Shown here: piece by piece, positions 48,324-64,000 of the stretch | Layout: each line of letters opens with the position of its first letter | Numbering within the stretch: the stretch's first letter is position 1 | Assembly: GCA_002269645.1 (NCBI GenBank) | Contig: NIVC01000381.1 | Span: forward strand, 216,023-280,022 | From: Macrostomum lignano | Taxonomy: Eukaryota | Reading direction: 5' to 3' | Length of the DNA stretch: 64,000 bases | The notes under the pieces: model-generated | What the model was told of the DNA's origin: nothing | What the model saw: only the letters and a program-made list of their open reading frames with translations | Databases searched by the model: none | Made by a program: the position numbers and the translations under genes

Positions 48324-48503
48324 TTGGGATCAGGGTTGGGATTAGGATTGGGATCAGCGTTGGGAGTGGGGTTGGGATTAAGGTTGGGATCACGGTTGGG
48401 ATTAGGGTTGGGATTAGGGTTGGGATTAAGGTTGGGATTAGGGTTGGGATTAGGGTTGGGATCAGGGTTGGGATTAGGGTTGGGATTAGGGTTGGGATCA
48501 GGG
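48324..48503. repeat. 12-bp G-rich repeat (gggattagggtt) containing TTAGGG
   Basis: About 15 units alternating TTAGGG and TTGGGA. Confidence 0.88.
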
Positions 48504-48589
48504 TGAAAATCACAATTCAGATCAGCATCCAGATGAAGATGCAGATGTAAAGCTCAGTCAGACACTTCAAAGCAGATCAGTTTCTGGAA

Positions 48590-50716
48590 TCAGGCGAGCT
48601 CCGAGTCCAGAAACCGATAGGCATAGCCCGGCCCGAACCGCTCCGACATGACGCCGTTGCGAAACCCCGCAGCGAACGAGTCGGTCTTTCCAAGAAACTC
48701 TACCACCAAGATTCGCTCCGTGTTCGGCTGCACGAGGCCGGCGTGACGCGCCGAAGCGGCGAAATTCGACCCTACGTGGTAGACGCCGGAGCCGCGAACC
48801 CCCGGCAGCTGACGAGAGGAGCAGCAGGCGAGCCGAAAACGCAGCACAACTCCGTCAGCGCCGCCGAAGAGCTCCAAACTCGTCGGCGCCTCGCCCCAGA
48901 TAGTTCGCGCCGCCTCGGGGAAGCTCATCGACCAATCGGGCTGAGTCGACGATCTTGACGTCATGCCGGAGCCGCGGCCGCGACCGAAGCCGCCGTAGAA
49001 GCTGCGCCGCCTGGGCAGGAACCAAATCCGCAGCGGCTGCGACTCGCCCGGCGCCAGCAGGCCGGCGTGCACGGCCGCGGCGCCGACGTCGGACGAAGCG
49101 GCATAGACGCCCAGACCGTCGCCGCTGCGTCCGCTAGAGGCGCCACCGATCACGACGCCGTCAGTGTTTCCGACAACGCCGAGCGTTGCCAGCATGCCGT
49201 AGTAGAAGGCGATCTCGTTTGAGCCGCTGGGCGGCGAAGGGAACTGATGGGCGGGGAAGCGGAAGCTCAAGCTGCCGGCGTAGTCACCGCAGTCGCTCGA
49301 GGCGACACCGTACCGTCTGGAGCCTTTGTAGGCCGTCAGGGCCTGGCCGAATTCGACAACTGTCGACGCGGCAAAACTGTAGCCGCTGAACAGGCCAGCG
49401 TGAATGGCCGCCGACACCAGGTCAGAGTCGCTTCGGTAGGTTTCGGTGCCGCAGACTCGAGCGTCGGGCCTCTGGGCGGACAGGCTGACGTAAAGGCGGA
49501 CGCAGCGGCCGGCCCAGACCCGGGGATCGAAGCCGCTGAAATTCGCCGGCGCGGGGTCCTGCGGGGTGCAGCTGGCTGCGGGAATTGCAGAGAGAAAGGG
49601 GTTTGACTGTGAAATGAGCGCCTGAACTGGGTTCCGAGTCAGGACATGTCCCAAGGAGCTTGTTGCGGTGTCTCAGCAGCTGGGGATCTGGGAGGCTGGG
49701 AGAACAACTGACACTCTGAAAGGCTGGCCCCAGCAACTGAGCATCTGAGAGGCTGGCACAGCAACTGAAGATCTGGGAGGCTGGCCCAGCAGCTGAGCAT
49801 CTGGGAGGCTGGCACAGCAACTGAAGATCTGGGAGGCTGGCCCAGCAGCTGAGCATCTGGGAGGCTGGCTCAGCAACTGAGCATCTGGGAGGCTGGCACA
49901 GCAACTGAAGATCTGGGAGGCTGGCCCAGCAGCTGAGCATCCGGGAGGCTGGCCCAGCAACTGAGCATCTGGGAGGCTGGCCCAGCAACTGACACTCTGG
50001 GAGGCTGGCCCAGCAACTGGGGATCTGGGAGGCTGGCCCAGCAAATAAGGATCTGGGAGGCTGGCAGCCCAGCAACTGAGGATCTGAGAGGCTGGCCCAG
50101 CAACTGAGGATCTGGGAGGCTGGCAGCCCAGCAACTGAGGATCTGGGAGGCTGGCAGCCCAGCAACTGAGGATCTGGGAGGCTGGCAGCCCAGCAACTGA
50201 GGATCTGGGAGGCTGGCAGCCCAGCAACTGAGGATCTGGGAGGCTGGCAGACCAGCAACTGAGGATCTGGGAGGCTGGCAGCCCAGCAACTGAGGATCTG
50301 GGAGGCTGGCAGCCCAGCAACTGAGGATCTGGGAGTCTGGCAGCCCAGCAACTGAGGATCTGGGAGGCTGGCAGCCCAGCAACTGAGGATCTGGGAGGCT
50401 GGCAGCCCAGCAACTGAGGATCTGGGAGGCTGGCCCAGCAACGGAGGATCTGGGAGGCTGGCCTAGCAACTGAGGATCTGGGCAAGGAAGCCTCTATATG
50501 TTCGCTTCGAATCATAATCAATATTTATAACAATAGCTCAATCAAGCCTACATGTGTAGTGACGGCAGATGCAGTTCGCATCAATAAGTTAATCGCTAAA
50601 GAGTACTTGTAAAGCACCACCTGAACAGCAAAGAGTTCTTCACCTGGATCAATAGCAGATGCTAGCAAAGCAACTCCTGAGAAGCAGATTAATAGCAAAA
50701 CGTACAAACGCAGCAT
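48590..50716 (-). CDS. Secreted protein with three LCCL domains, 2 exons, 352 aa
   Basis: Exon 1 50644-50716 (signal peptide MLRLYVLLLICFSGVALLASAIDP), exon 2 48590-49575, phase 1. Three LCCL-type motifs: GTETYRSDSDLVSAAIHAG, GVYAASSDVGAAAVHAG, GSGVYHVGSNFAASARHAG, each followed by a G-x-(R/G)-(Y/N/S)-G-(V/M)-x-S motif. Confidence 0.85.
49675..50480. repeat. 28/31-bp minisatellite (ccagcaactgaggatctgggaggctggc) filling the LCCL gene intron
   Basis: About 27 units; same family as in TrxR intron 1. Confidence 0.92.
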
Positions 50717-51130
50717 GGCCGACAAATTGATTATAAAAGTTATAACTTCAGCTACGAAGGTCACAGAAAATCCAGTTGCATTAGCCACTTAAATCTGCAC
50801 CTCAGAGCGGTACGTACTTGTACATGTAGATATATATTTAAACAAAATTTGTCACCTGACTTAAAAGCCTACAACAGCGAAGCACATGTATGAAAACTTA
50901 TAGGTAGGTAAGTTGTATGTTTACATTTTAACTTTAGCGTGACTGCCAATTACGGGTCATTCAAAATGATAAATTTCCAACCTGCATCATGTTAGGGCAT
51001 TCATAAATCCTTTTAAATTTTTACGAGCTAAATGTATCCAGGGGGTCGCCGGGGATTTTTTGTTTGGGGGGGGAACAAAGCCAAGAATTTTAAATGTACA
51101 TGTTCAATATTTTCAGAATTGGTGTTCTCA

Positions 51131-54092
51131 ACACTCATTTTGGCGCTGCAGGCACTCATTTTGGCACTGCAGGCACTCATTTTGGCATTGCAGGCACTCA
51201 TTTTGGCACTGCAGGCACTCATTTTGGTGCAGCAGGCACTCATTTTGGCATTGCAGGCACTCATTTTGGCACTGCAGGCACTCATTTTAGCACTGCAGGC
51301 ACTCATTTTGGCGCTGCAGGCACTCATTTTGGCATTGCAGGCACTCATTTTGGCACTGCAGGCACTCATTTTGGCACTGCAGACACTCATTTTGGCACTG
51401 CAGGCACTCATTTTGGTGCAGCAGGCACTCATTTTGGTGCAGCAGGCACTCATTTTGGTGCAGCAGGCACTCATTTTGGCACTGCAGGCACTCATTTTGG
51501 CGCTGCAGGCACTCATTTTGGTGCTGCAGGCACTCATTTTGGTGCAGCAGGCACTCATTTTGGTGCAGCAGGCACTCATTTTGGCACTGCAGGCACTCAT
51601 TTTGGCGCTGCATGCACTCATTTTAGCGCCGCAGGCACTCATTTTGGCACTGCAGGCACTCATTTTGGTGCAGCAGGCACTCATTTTAGCGCCGCAGGCA
51701 CTCATTTTGGTGCAGCAGGCACTCATTTTGGCACTGCAGGCACTCATTTTGGCACTGCAGGCACTCATTTTAGCGCCGCAGGCACTCATTTTGGTGCAGC
51801 AGGCACTCATTTTGGTGCTGCAGGCACTCATTTTGGCACTGCAGGCACTCATTTTGGTGCAGCAGGCACTCATTTTGGTGCAGCAGGCACTCATTTTGGT
51901 GCAGTAGGCACTCATTTTGGTGCTGCAGGCACTCATTTTGGTGCAGCAGGCACTCATTTTGGTGCAGCAGGCACTCATTTTAGCACTGCAGGCACTCATT
52001 TTGCCATTGCAGGCACTCATTTTGGCGCTGCAGGCACTCATTTTGGCACTGCAGGCACTCATTTTGGCATTGCAGGCACTCATTTTGGCACTGCAGGCAC
52101 TCATTTTGGTGCAGCAGGCACTCATTTTGGCATTGCAGGCACTCATTTTGGCACTGCAGGCACTCATTTTAGCACTGCAGGCACTCATTTTGGCGCTGCA
52201 GGCACTCATTTTGGCATTGCAGGCACTCATTTTGGCACTGCAGGCACTCATTTTGGCACTGCAGACACTCATTTTGGCACTGCAGGCACTCATTTTGGTG
52301 CAGCAGGCACTCATTTTGGTGCAGCAGGCACTCATTTTGGCACTGCAGGCACTCATTTTGGCGCTGCAGGCACTCATTTTGGTGCTGCAGGCACTCATTT
52401 TGGTGCAGCAGGCACTCATTTTGGTGCAGCAGGCACTCATTTTGGCACTGCAGGCACTCATTTTGGCGCTGCATGCACTCATTTTAGCGCCGCAGGCACT
52501 CATTTTGGCACTGCAGGCACTCATTTTGGTGCAGCAGGCACTCATTTTAGCGCCGCAGGCACTCATTTTGGTGCAGCAGGCACTCATTTTGGCACTGCAG
52601 GCACTCATTTTGGCACTGCAGGCACTCATTTTAGCACTGCAGGCACTCATTTTGGCGCTGCAGGCACTCATTTTGGCATTGCAGGCACTCATTTTGGCAC
52701 TGCAGGCACTCATTTTGGCACTGCAGACACTCATTTTGGCACTGCAGGCACTCATTTTGGTGCAGCAGGCACTCATTTTGGTGCAGCAGGCACTCATTTT
52801 GGCACTGCAGGCACTCATTTTGGCGCTGCAGGCACTCATTTTGGTGCTGCAGGCACTCATTTTGGTGCAGCAGGCACTCATTTTGGTGCAGCAGGCACTC
52901 ATTTTGGCACTGCAGGCACTCATTTTGGCGCTGCATGCACTCATTTTAGCGCCGCAGGCACTCATTTTGGCACTGCAGGCACTCATTTTGGTGCAGCAGG
53001 CACTCATTTTAGCGCCGCAGGCACTCATTTTGGTGCAGCAGGCACTCATTTTGGCACTGCAGGCACTCATTTTGGCACTGCAGGCACTCATTTTAGCGCC
53101 GCAGGCACTCATTTTGGTGCAGCAGGCACTCATTTTGGTGCTGCAGGCACTCATTTTGGTGCAGCAGGCACTCATTTTGGTGCAGCAGGCACTCATTTTG
53201 GTGCAGCAGGCACTCATTTTGGTGCAGCAGGCACTCATTTTGGTGCAGCAGGCACTCATTTTGGTGCTGCAGGCACTCATTTTGGTGCAGCAGGCACTCA
53301 TTTTGGTGCAGCAGGCACTCATTTTGGTGCAGCAGGCACTCATTTTGGTGCAGCAGGCACTCATTTTGGTGCAGCAGGCACTCATTTTGGTGCAGCAGGC
53401 ACTCATTTTGGTGCAGCAGGCACTCATTTTGGTGCAGCAGGCACTCATTTTGGTGCAGCAGGCACTCATTTTGGTGCAGCAGGCACTCATTTTAGCGCCG
53501 CAGGCACTCATTTTGGTGCAGCAGGCACTCATTTTGGTGCTGCAGGCACTCATTTTGGTGCAGCAGGCACTCATTTTGGTGCAGCAGGCACTCATTTTGG
53601 TGCAGCAGGCACTCATTTTGGTGCAGCAGGCACTCATTTTGGTGCAGCAGGCACTCATTTTGGTGCTGCAGGCACTCATTTTGGTGCAGCAGGCACTCAT
53701 TTTGGTGCAGCAGGCACTCATTTTGGTGCAGCAGGCACTCATTTTGGTGCAGCAGGCACTCATTTTGGTGCAGCAGGCACTCATTTTGGTGCAGCAGGCA
53801 CTCATTTTGGTGCAGCAGGCACTCATTTTGGTGCAGCAGGCACTCATTTTGGTGCAGCAGGCACTCATTTTGGTGCAGCAGGCACTCATTTTAGCGCCGC
53901 AGGCACTCATTTTGGTGCAGCAGGCACTCATTTTGGCACTGCAGGCACTCATTTTGGCACTGCAGGCACTCATTTTAGCGCCGCAGGCACTCATTTTGGT
54001 GCAGCAGGCACTCATTTTGGTGCAGCAGGCACTCATTTTGGTGCAGCAGGCACTCATTTTGGTGCAGCAGGCACTCATTTTGGTGCAGCAGG
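51131..54092. repeat. 21-bp minisatellite (gcaggcactcattttggtgca), about 141 units
   Basis: Read directly. Variant units on the left, nearly homogeneous on the right; higher-order 462-bp duplication. Confidence 0.97.
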
Positions 54093-57069
54093 CGATTTCT
54101 AACGTCAAGGTCGAGGACGAGGTTAAGGATGACAGCGGGAAGAGCGCAGTCGGAGACATTTTCGTCGGAGAGCCGGACACGCAAAGTATTCTCGGTTTGA
54201 ACTTCATTCGAGCACTTCATCTGATACCTGACTTGGACTCAAGCTTAAACTGCGCTCCTGTCACCGTCAACGAGGCAGACAAATTCACAGCAAGCTTTCG
54301 CCTGAAATCTGGAGCGTCATTCGAAGGTATGTGCTACCCAGCTCGATCACTGCCATTCTAAATGAAAACTATTGTCGAGATCGAGTTGAAGAGACTTCTG
54401 GGCGCAGGAATCATTTATCCTGTACAAAATCCAATAGTTTCATGCCCAACCGTGCCAGTGTTGAAGCCCGAAGGATTGAAGGATCGAAGGCCCGAAGACT
54501 ACTCAGTGACACTCAATAGACTCATCGACGCAGATCGATACAAGCTTCCAAAGCTAGAAGAAATCCTCCATGCCATTCCGAACGCTAAGTACTACTCCGT
54601 CATCGACCTAGAAGATGCATACCTACAGATAGCACTGACAGAAGAGAGTCAAAAGCTAACTTGCATCTCTACACACATTGGTCACTTTGCATTTCGCAGC
54701 ATGCAATTCGGAATCTCTTCGGCACCTTTAATCTTCCAAGAAGTAATGGATAAGCTTCTTCGTGACATTCCAAACGTCGCTTCGTACCAGGACGATGTTA
54801 TCACTGGAACACCAGGTCTGAAAGAGCATCACCGAGTTCTGTCCTTGGTAAAGAATCGATTGGCACAGTACGGCTTCCGAATCAACACCCGTAAGTCGCA
54901 AGAATGCAGAGAAAGTGTAAAGTTCCTCGGATTCATACTTCAAGAAGGTCAACTGTACCCGGATCCTGCTAGGATGAAGGTTTTGACTGAGTTACCGGAG
55001 CTGCAAGGACAAGCTGCGAAGTGCGATATCCACCTTACGGCATTATGGACTGTTTTGCAAGAACTTTTCCATGACAGCCAGACCGCTTTACCATCTGCTA
55101 AAGAAGAACGTGCAATGGAGTTGAACGGAGACTCAAAGACAGGCATTTAATGAATTGAAGGCCAACATCGCTAAATCGAGGCAGCATAGTTCCATACGAC
55201 ATCTCGAAGCCGCTGTATCTTACTTGCGACGCGTTAAAGGACGGCATTGGGTTCGTTCTTTCTCATGATGAGCGCCAAAGTCGAGTAGTTTGGCTCGCCA
55301 GTCGGATTCTGACGCACGCCGAGTCCAACTATTCTAATATCGAGCGCGAAGCTCGATATCAATAGTTGAAGGAGTAAAATACTTTCACCAATTTCTCGCT
55401 GGACGCAGCTTCACAATTCTGTCTGACCATTGTCCCCTGATGTACATCTTCAACCCAGGGAAAACTTCAGAGCGTGTTTCTGCTCGTCTGCAACGTTGGG
55501 CTCTTGCTCTAAGCGCATACAACTACAGACTGTGCTATTCGAAAGGAGAGACAATGCTCGCTGCAGACACGCTATCAAGATTGCCAAGTGGGCAAGAAGC
55601 TGCAAGGACTAACACTGTCAACATGCAAGAGATTAACAGTCGTCAAGAGTTCAGACAATCTGATTACACTTCTTCAAAGAATTTCTACTTCCAGGGATCC
55701 TGAGATTCAATTGCTGAAAAAGTTCGTCACGCAAGGTTGACCAGAGTACCTTCCACGATCTATGCAGCCGTATAGCAAAGACCGATCTGAATACACCATT
55801 CAGAATGGAATCGTCTACAAGGGCATTCGAATTGTTCCTCCCGTTGCAATGAGACTCGAAATTCTGAAATTGCTCCATGAGCAGCATCATGGCATCGTGC
55901 GAATGATTCGGCTCGGACGGCAGTATTTCTGGTGGCCATCCATGGACTTGCACATCCAAAGCTTTGTGCTGAGATGCGCCACATGCCAGCTACACGCACA
56001 CAAGAATCCCAATTCCAACTTAAGCCACCTGGACGGATGCCGAGGAATTTCTCGAACGAGTTCATGTCGACATTGCGATGTACAAAGACTTCAAGTTCCT
56101 CCTATTCGTGGATGCATTTTCTCTCTGGATTGACGTGCAAATTCTCAGCACGCTCGCATCTTCTTCTGTCATCAAGGCTTGCAGGAAGACCTTAAAGTAT
56201 GTTGGTTTGCCAAAGTTTCTCGTCTCAGACAACGGAACCAATTTTCGTTCTGAAGAATTCTGAAGAAGAAGAAAAAGCAAAGCAAATTCTAACACCTCCT
56301 GGACATCACCAGTCCAACGGTTTGGTTGAGCGAGTGATTCAAGAGCTCAAGCTGTCGCTTAACAGATCGTCTGGGGAGGTGGACCATTCAATCACCGCGT
56401 TTTGCCTGACACTCAACACCACACCGTCTACTATCGGAGCCATGCCTGCCGGACAAGTCTTCCTGAAGATTCCGCGCACACTACTTTCTGCTTCTGCAAC
56501 AGAGTTTCACCCACCGACAGAATCTGCTAAGCCTGTGTACATTCGTGTGGAATCGAAGCCTAACAAACTTTCTGACCAGATCGAGTCCAAAATCGGTTCC
56601 AACACATTCACTGACAACAGAGCCCGGTTAGTGCACCAGTCTGACATCACTGCCAGGACTCCAGACCAAGAGACTTCGCAGGCCAAGGATTCGTCAGATT
56701 TCAAGGAACTCAATCCTACTGGTTCTACTGAGGCTGAATGCAAAGTCTTCGATGCAGAGTCACTTGCACAGCCTACTGAACAAATTTCAATCCAAGTTTG
56801 GAACTCCGTAGAAGCACCAGAATTCGAAAACCACCCGAGAGATTGATCTATCGGTAGTTTCCTGGTGCATGCGAACTTTCTTCTGTACTTCTTTGCATTG
56901 GTCGGGGTGTTACATGTATATATTTTCTAAGGCTATCATTTCTGAGCCATTAAGACCCCACCATCTTTAGAATAAAAAAGGATATTCTGCTTCAGTTTTG
57001 CATACACGCCAACAAATGTAATTGCTGCTACGATCACGCACTAGACTTCGACTTCCTTTACGTATAACA
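54093..57069 (+). mobile_element. Degenerate 5'-truncated Gypsy (Mag/K02A2.6-like) LTR retrotransposon: partial protease, RT, RNase H, integrase, 3' LTR
   Basis: SILGLNFI (protease end); YSVIDLEDAYLQI, MQFGISSAP, YQDD (RT); RLQRWALALSAYNY (RNase H end); HEQHHG...WWPSM...CATC (integrase Zn finger); VSDNGTNF (core). Multiple stops and frameshifts. Confidence 0.93.
56908..57069 (+). repeat. 3' LTR (162 bp, TGTTA...TAACA)
   Basis: Preceded by a purine-rich ggtcgggg; inverted 5-bp termini; internal AATAAA. No 5' LTR in the window. Confidence 0.7.
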
Positions 57070-57785
57070 GTGTCGGAGGTATAAAGTATCGGAGATATAG
57101 TGTGGGAGATATGAAGTGTCGGAGATATGCAGTGTCGGAGATATGAAGTGTCGGAAATATGAAGTGTCGGAGATATTGAGTGTCAGAGATATGAAGTGTC
57201 GGAGATATGAAGTGTTGGAGATAAGAAGTGACGGAGATATGAAGTGTCGGAGATATGAAATGTCGGAGATGTAGTGTGGGAGATATGGAGTGTCGGAGAT
57301 ATGGGACGTCGGAGATATGAAATGTCGGAGATGTAGTGTGGGAGATATGGAGTGTCGGAGATATGGAGTGTCGGAGATATGGAACGTCGGAGATATGAAA
57401 TGTCGGAGATGTAGTGTGGGAGATATGGAGTGTCGCAGATATGGAGTGTCGGAGATATGGAACGTCGGAGATATGGAGTGTCGGAGATATGAAATGTCGG
57501 AGATGTAGTGTGGGAGATATGGAGTGCCGGAGATATGGAGTGTCGGAGATATGAAATGTCGGAGATTTAGTGTGGGAGATATGGAGTGTCGGAGATATGG
57601 AGTGCCGGAGATATGAAGTGTCGGAGATATGAAATGTCGGAGATGTAGTGTGAGAGATATGGAGTGTCGGAGATATGAAATGTCGGAGATGTAGTGTGGG
57701 AGATATGGAGTGCCAGAGATATGAAGTGTCGGAGATATGGAGTGTCGGAGATATGAAATGTCGGAGATGTAGTGTGGGAGATATA
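57070..57785. repeat. 16-bp-based minisatellite (gtgtcggagatatgga) starting at the LTR end
   Basis: Read directly, with a higher-order pattern containing gtagtgtgggagatat. Confidence 0.92.
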
Positions 57786-58227
57786 ACGTTAGCAACTTCT
57801 ACATTGTACATATACCGGTTTGTAGTTATTGACAACTTCCAGTTATTTGCAACATCTATCTAGCAAGTTTAAGTTACTAACATAAATGACAACTTTTAGT
57901 GCAAGTTTTCTACTGGCTCTTGATCAACACCTAGCTAGTAACTTCCGGATTCGCAACATCTACATGTACTGGTAGCTGTGAACTTCCGGGTTGCAATCCA
58001 GACAGCCAAAACAGTTCGAATAGCAACTTCGGCAGAGCATCTACCTTCTATAATGAATAAAAGCTCAAAGACAGGCATGCAGTTAGCAATTACGCGATGT
58101 CATGAAAGCCGTAGCAAAATTGATTTGCTTCTTTGATATGAATATGAGCAACAGTTTAATCATCAAATTCTCGTTTCTAATTGGGCAAAATAAAAATATA
58201 TATACTACGGATTGAACTACAACAGCA

Positions 58228-58316
58228 GCAGGCAATGTCTGTTCAGGCAACCGGACCAATGGACCACAAACGGGCCAATGTTTAATTCCGAGAGGCCGTC
58301 ATAAGAGCACCACTGC
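58228..58316 (-). promoter_or_regulatory. Candidate SECIS element in the TrxR 3' UTR
   Basis: Minus strand gcagtggtgctcttATGAcggcctctcggAAttAAAc...tccggttgccTGAacagacattgcctgc. ATGA at 58302-58299, 11 nt to AA, GA partner at 58244-58243. Helix II ggcctctcgga/tccggttgcc; helix I gcagtggtg/cattgcctgc. The apical part is somewhat long. Confidence 0.7.
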
Positions 58317-58499
58317 GAGTCCAAAAAAATTGAGCAGTTAAAATGAACATGATTTCTGGGTTTTTGAGAGTCACGAGCCGTGGAGAGGGGTCGAACTAAT
58401 GTCTCATTCGTTACTGGAACTGAGCTGCCAGTTTTTGAAATGCGAGCATTGTACGACCAGTGGACGAGGGTGTCTTTAGTCAGTGATTCAGTGCAATGT

Positions 58500-58667
58500 G
58501 AAACCAACAGACATCAATGCCAATAGCTGACAAACACCAGCAGACATCCAATGCCAATAGCTGACAAACACCAACATACACCAATGCCAATAGCTGACAA
58601 ACTCCAACAGACACCCAATGCCAATAGCTGACAAACACCAACAGACATCCAATGCCAATAGCTGACA
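58500..58667. repeat. ~34-bp minisatellite in the TrxR 3' UTR
   Basis: aatgccaatagctgacaaacaccaacagacatcc, about 5 units. Confidence 0.88.
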
Positions 58668-58774
58668 ATTATTAGTAATGTTTAGCTAGAACAAACCAAG
58701 ACACCAAAACTCGGCCCACCTTTCAGCAGCAGCAAAAGCTATACGCGCTGAAAACCTCTCCAAACGACTCTGAG

Positions 58775-63187
<4,413 letters not shown>

Positions 63188-63359
63188 TTAAATTGCATTA
63201 AAAAGCTGGAAATATTGTAAAATAAATTTAGCATGTGGATGCAAATAGAAACTTCTACAAAGTAACGCAGGTTATCGTACCGTAGGATCTAATCTAATAC
63301 GACAGAACCACTTTCTGTTTTGTTAAATTACGGATAATATAGGTGAGGGTAGATAAAAT

Positions 63360-63670
63360 ATGAGAGGAGAGGAGAGAGGAGTGGAGAGGAGAAGGGAGGG
63401 GAGAGAAGAGAAGGAAGGGGATGGAGAGAGGAGATGAGAGAGAGAAGGAGGGGATAGGAGAGAGGAGATGAGAGAAGAGAGGAGGGGATAGGAGAGAGGA
63501 GATGAGAGAAGAGAAGAGGGATAGGGAGGAGATGAGAGAAGAGAAGGAGGGATAGGAGAGAGGAGATGAGAGAAGAGAAGGGAGGATAGGAGAGAGGAGA
63601 TGAGAGAAGAGAAGGGAGGGGATAGGAGAGAGGAGATGAGAGAACAAGAGACAAGAGATTAGAGAGAAAA
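63360..63670. repeat. Polypurine (GA-rich) degenerate tandem repeat upstream of TrxR
   Basis: ggagatgagagaagagaaggaggggataggagaga-like units. Confidence 0.85.
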
Positions 63671-64000
63671 GAACCTGAGAAAACCTGAGATAAGAAACAA
63701 AACTTCAGCGGGCCGGATTGCATTGTGAAGTTTCAAAAGGACCCGATGGCCAGATACAGAGGCTTTTCAGGCCGGAGTTTGCGGACCCCTGTTCTAAGGA
63801 GATGAAGGACTCTGTCAGAAATTCGAAACAATCATGGCCTATAAGGAATGGGATATGGGAGTCTGTACTCCTGAAAAAGATTCTTTCTATACCCTTTTGT
63901 ACGAACCTTCCTACTCCAATATGACTCGGAAGAATTATAATCCCGATCTGACAAAATCAATCTGAATACCACTTATAACTCCCCCAGAGACAGGAAAAGC

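Noticed and set aside
49422-50521. Long ORFs (339, 282, 199 aa) and similar ones at 60165-60623 and 61926-62629
   Set aside because: They are translations of the intronic 28/31-bp minisatellite.
51131-54092. Idea that the 21-bp unit (ttttggcgctgcagg / ttttggtgcagcagg) is an amplified tRNA primer-binding site of the adjacent Gypsy
   Set aside because: Only TGG plus ~5 nt resemble a tRNA 3' complement, and no 5' LTR is present to anchor it. Too weak.
51028-54361. 1059-, 1002- and 814-aa ORFs, including an apparent satellite-protease fusion
   Set aside because: A stop-free 21-bp repeat gives open frames automatically. The fusion to the Gypsy protease relic is positional.

Overview
Eukaryotic (animal) genomic DNA with spliceosomal GT-AG introns, GC-rich exons and a very high load of mini- and microsatellites. 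The style fits a repeat-rich free-living flatworm such as Macrostomum, but that is inference only. Genes reconstructed by hand from splice sites and frames: (1) the 3' exon of an acidic Glu/Gln-repeat protein; (2) a 6-exon AK5-type double adenylate kinase with an N-terminal docking domain and three C-terminal IQ-like motifs; (3) three tandem copies (intact, splice-damaged, pseudogene) of a secreted PAN/apple + ALK/LTK-type glycine-rich-domain protein with no TM or kinase domain; (4) a 3-exon ERR-like nuclear receptor; (5) two intronless OATP/SLCO transporters with apparent gene-conversion tracts; (6) a secreted triple-LCCL protein; (7) a mitochondrial-type thioredoxin reductase ending Gly-Cys-Sec-Gly (UGA recoding) with a SECIS candidate. 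Mobile DNA: a 3.2-kb foldback/Mutator-like element (9-bp TSD, 167-bp repeat arms, Ulp1-like relic), a second minisatellite-armed foldback, a 296-bp hairpin MITE, two CORE-type tRNA-SINEs, a LINE 3' fragment, an intron-containing Crypton relic, a 5'-truncated Gypsy with 3' LTR, a Gypsy integrase fragment, and a deleted hAT element (8-bp TSD). Two single-base frameshifts in conserved genes (AK5-like, TrxR) look like homopolymer assembly errors. Most long ORFs in the supplied track are artefacts of tandem repeats.
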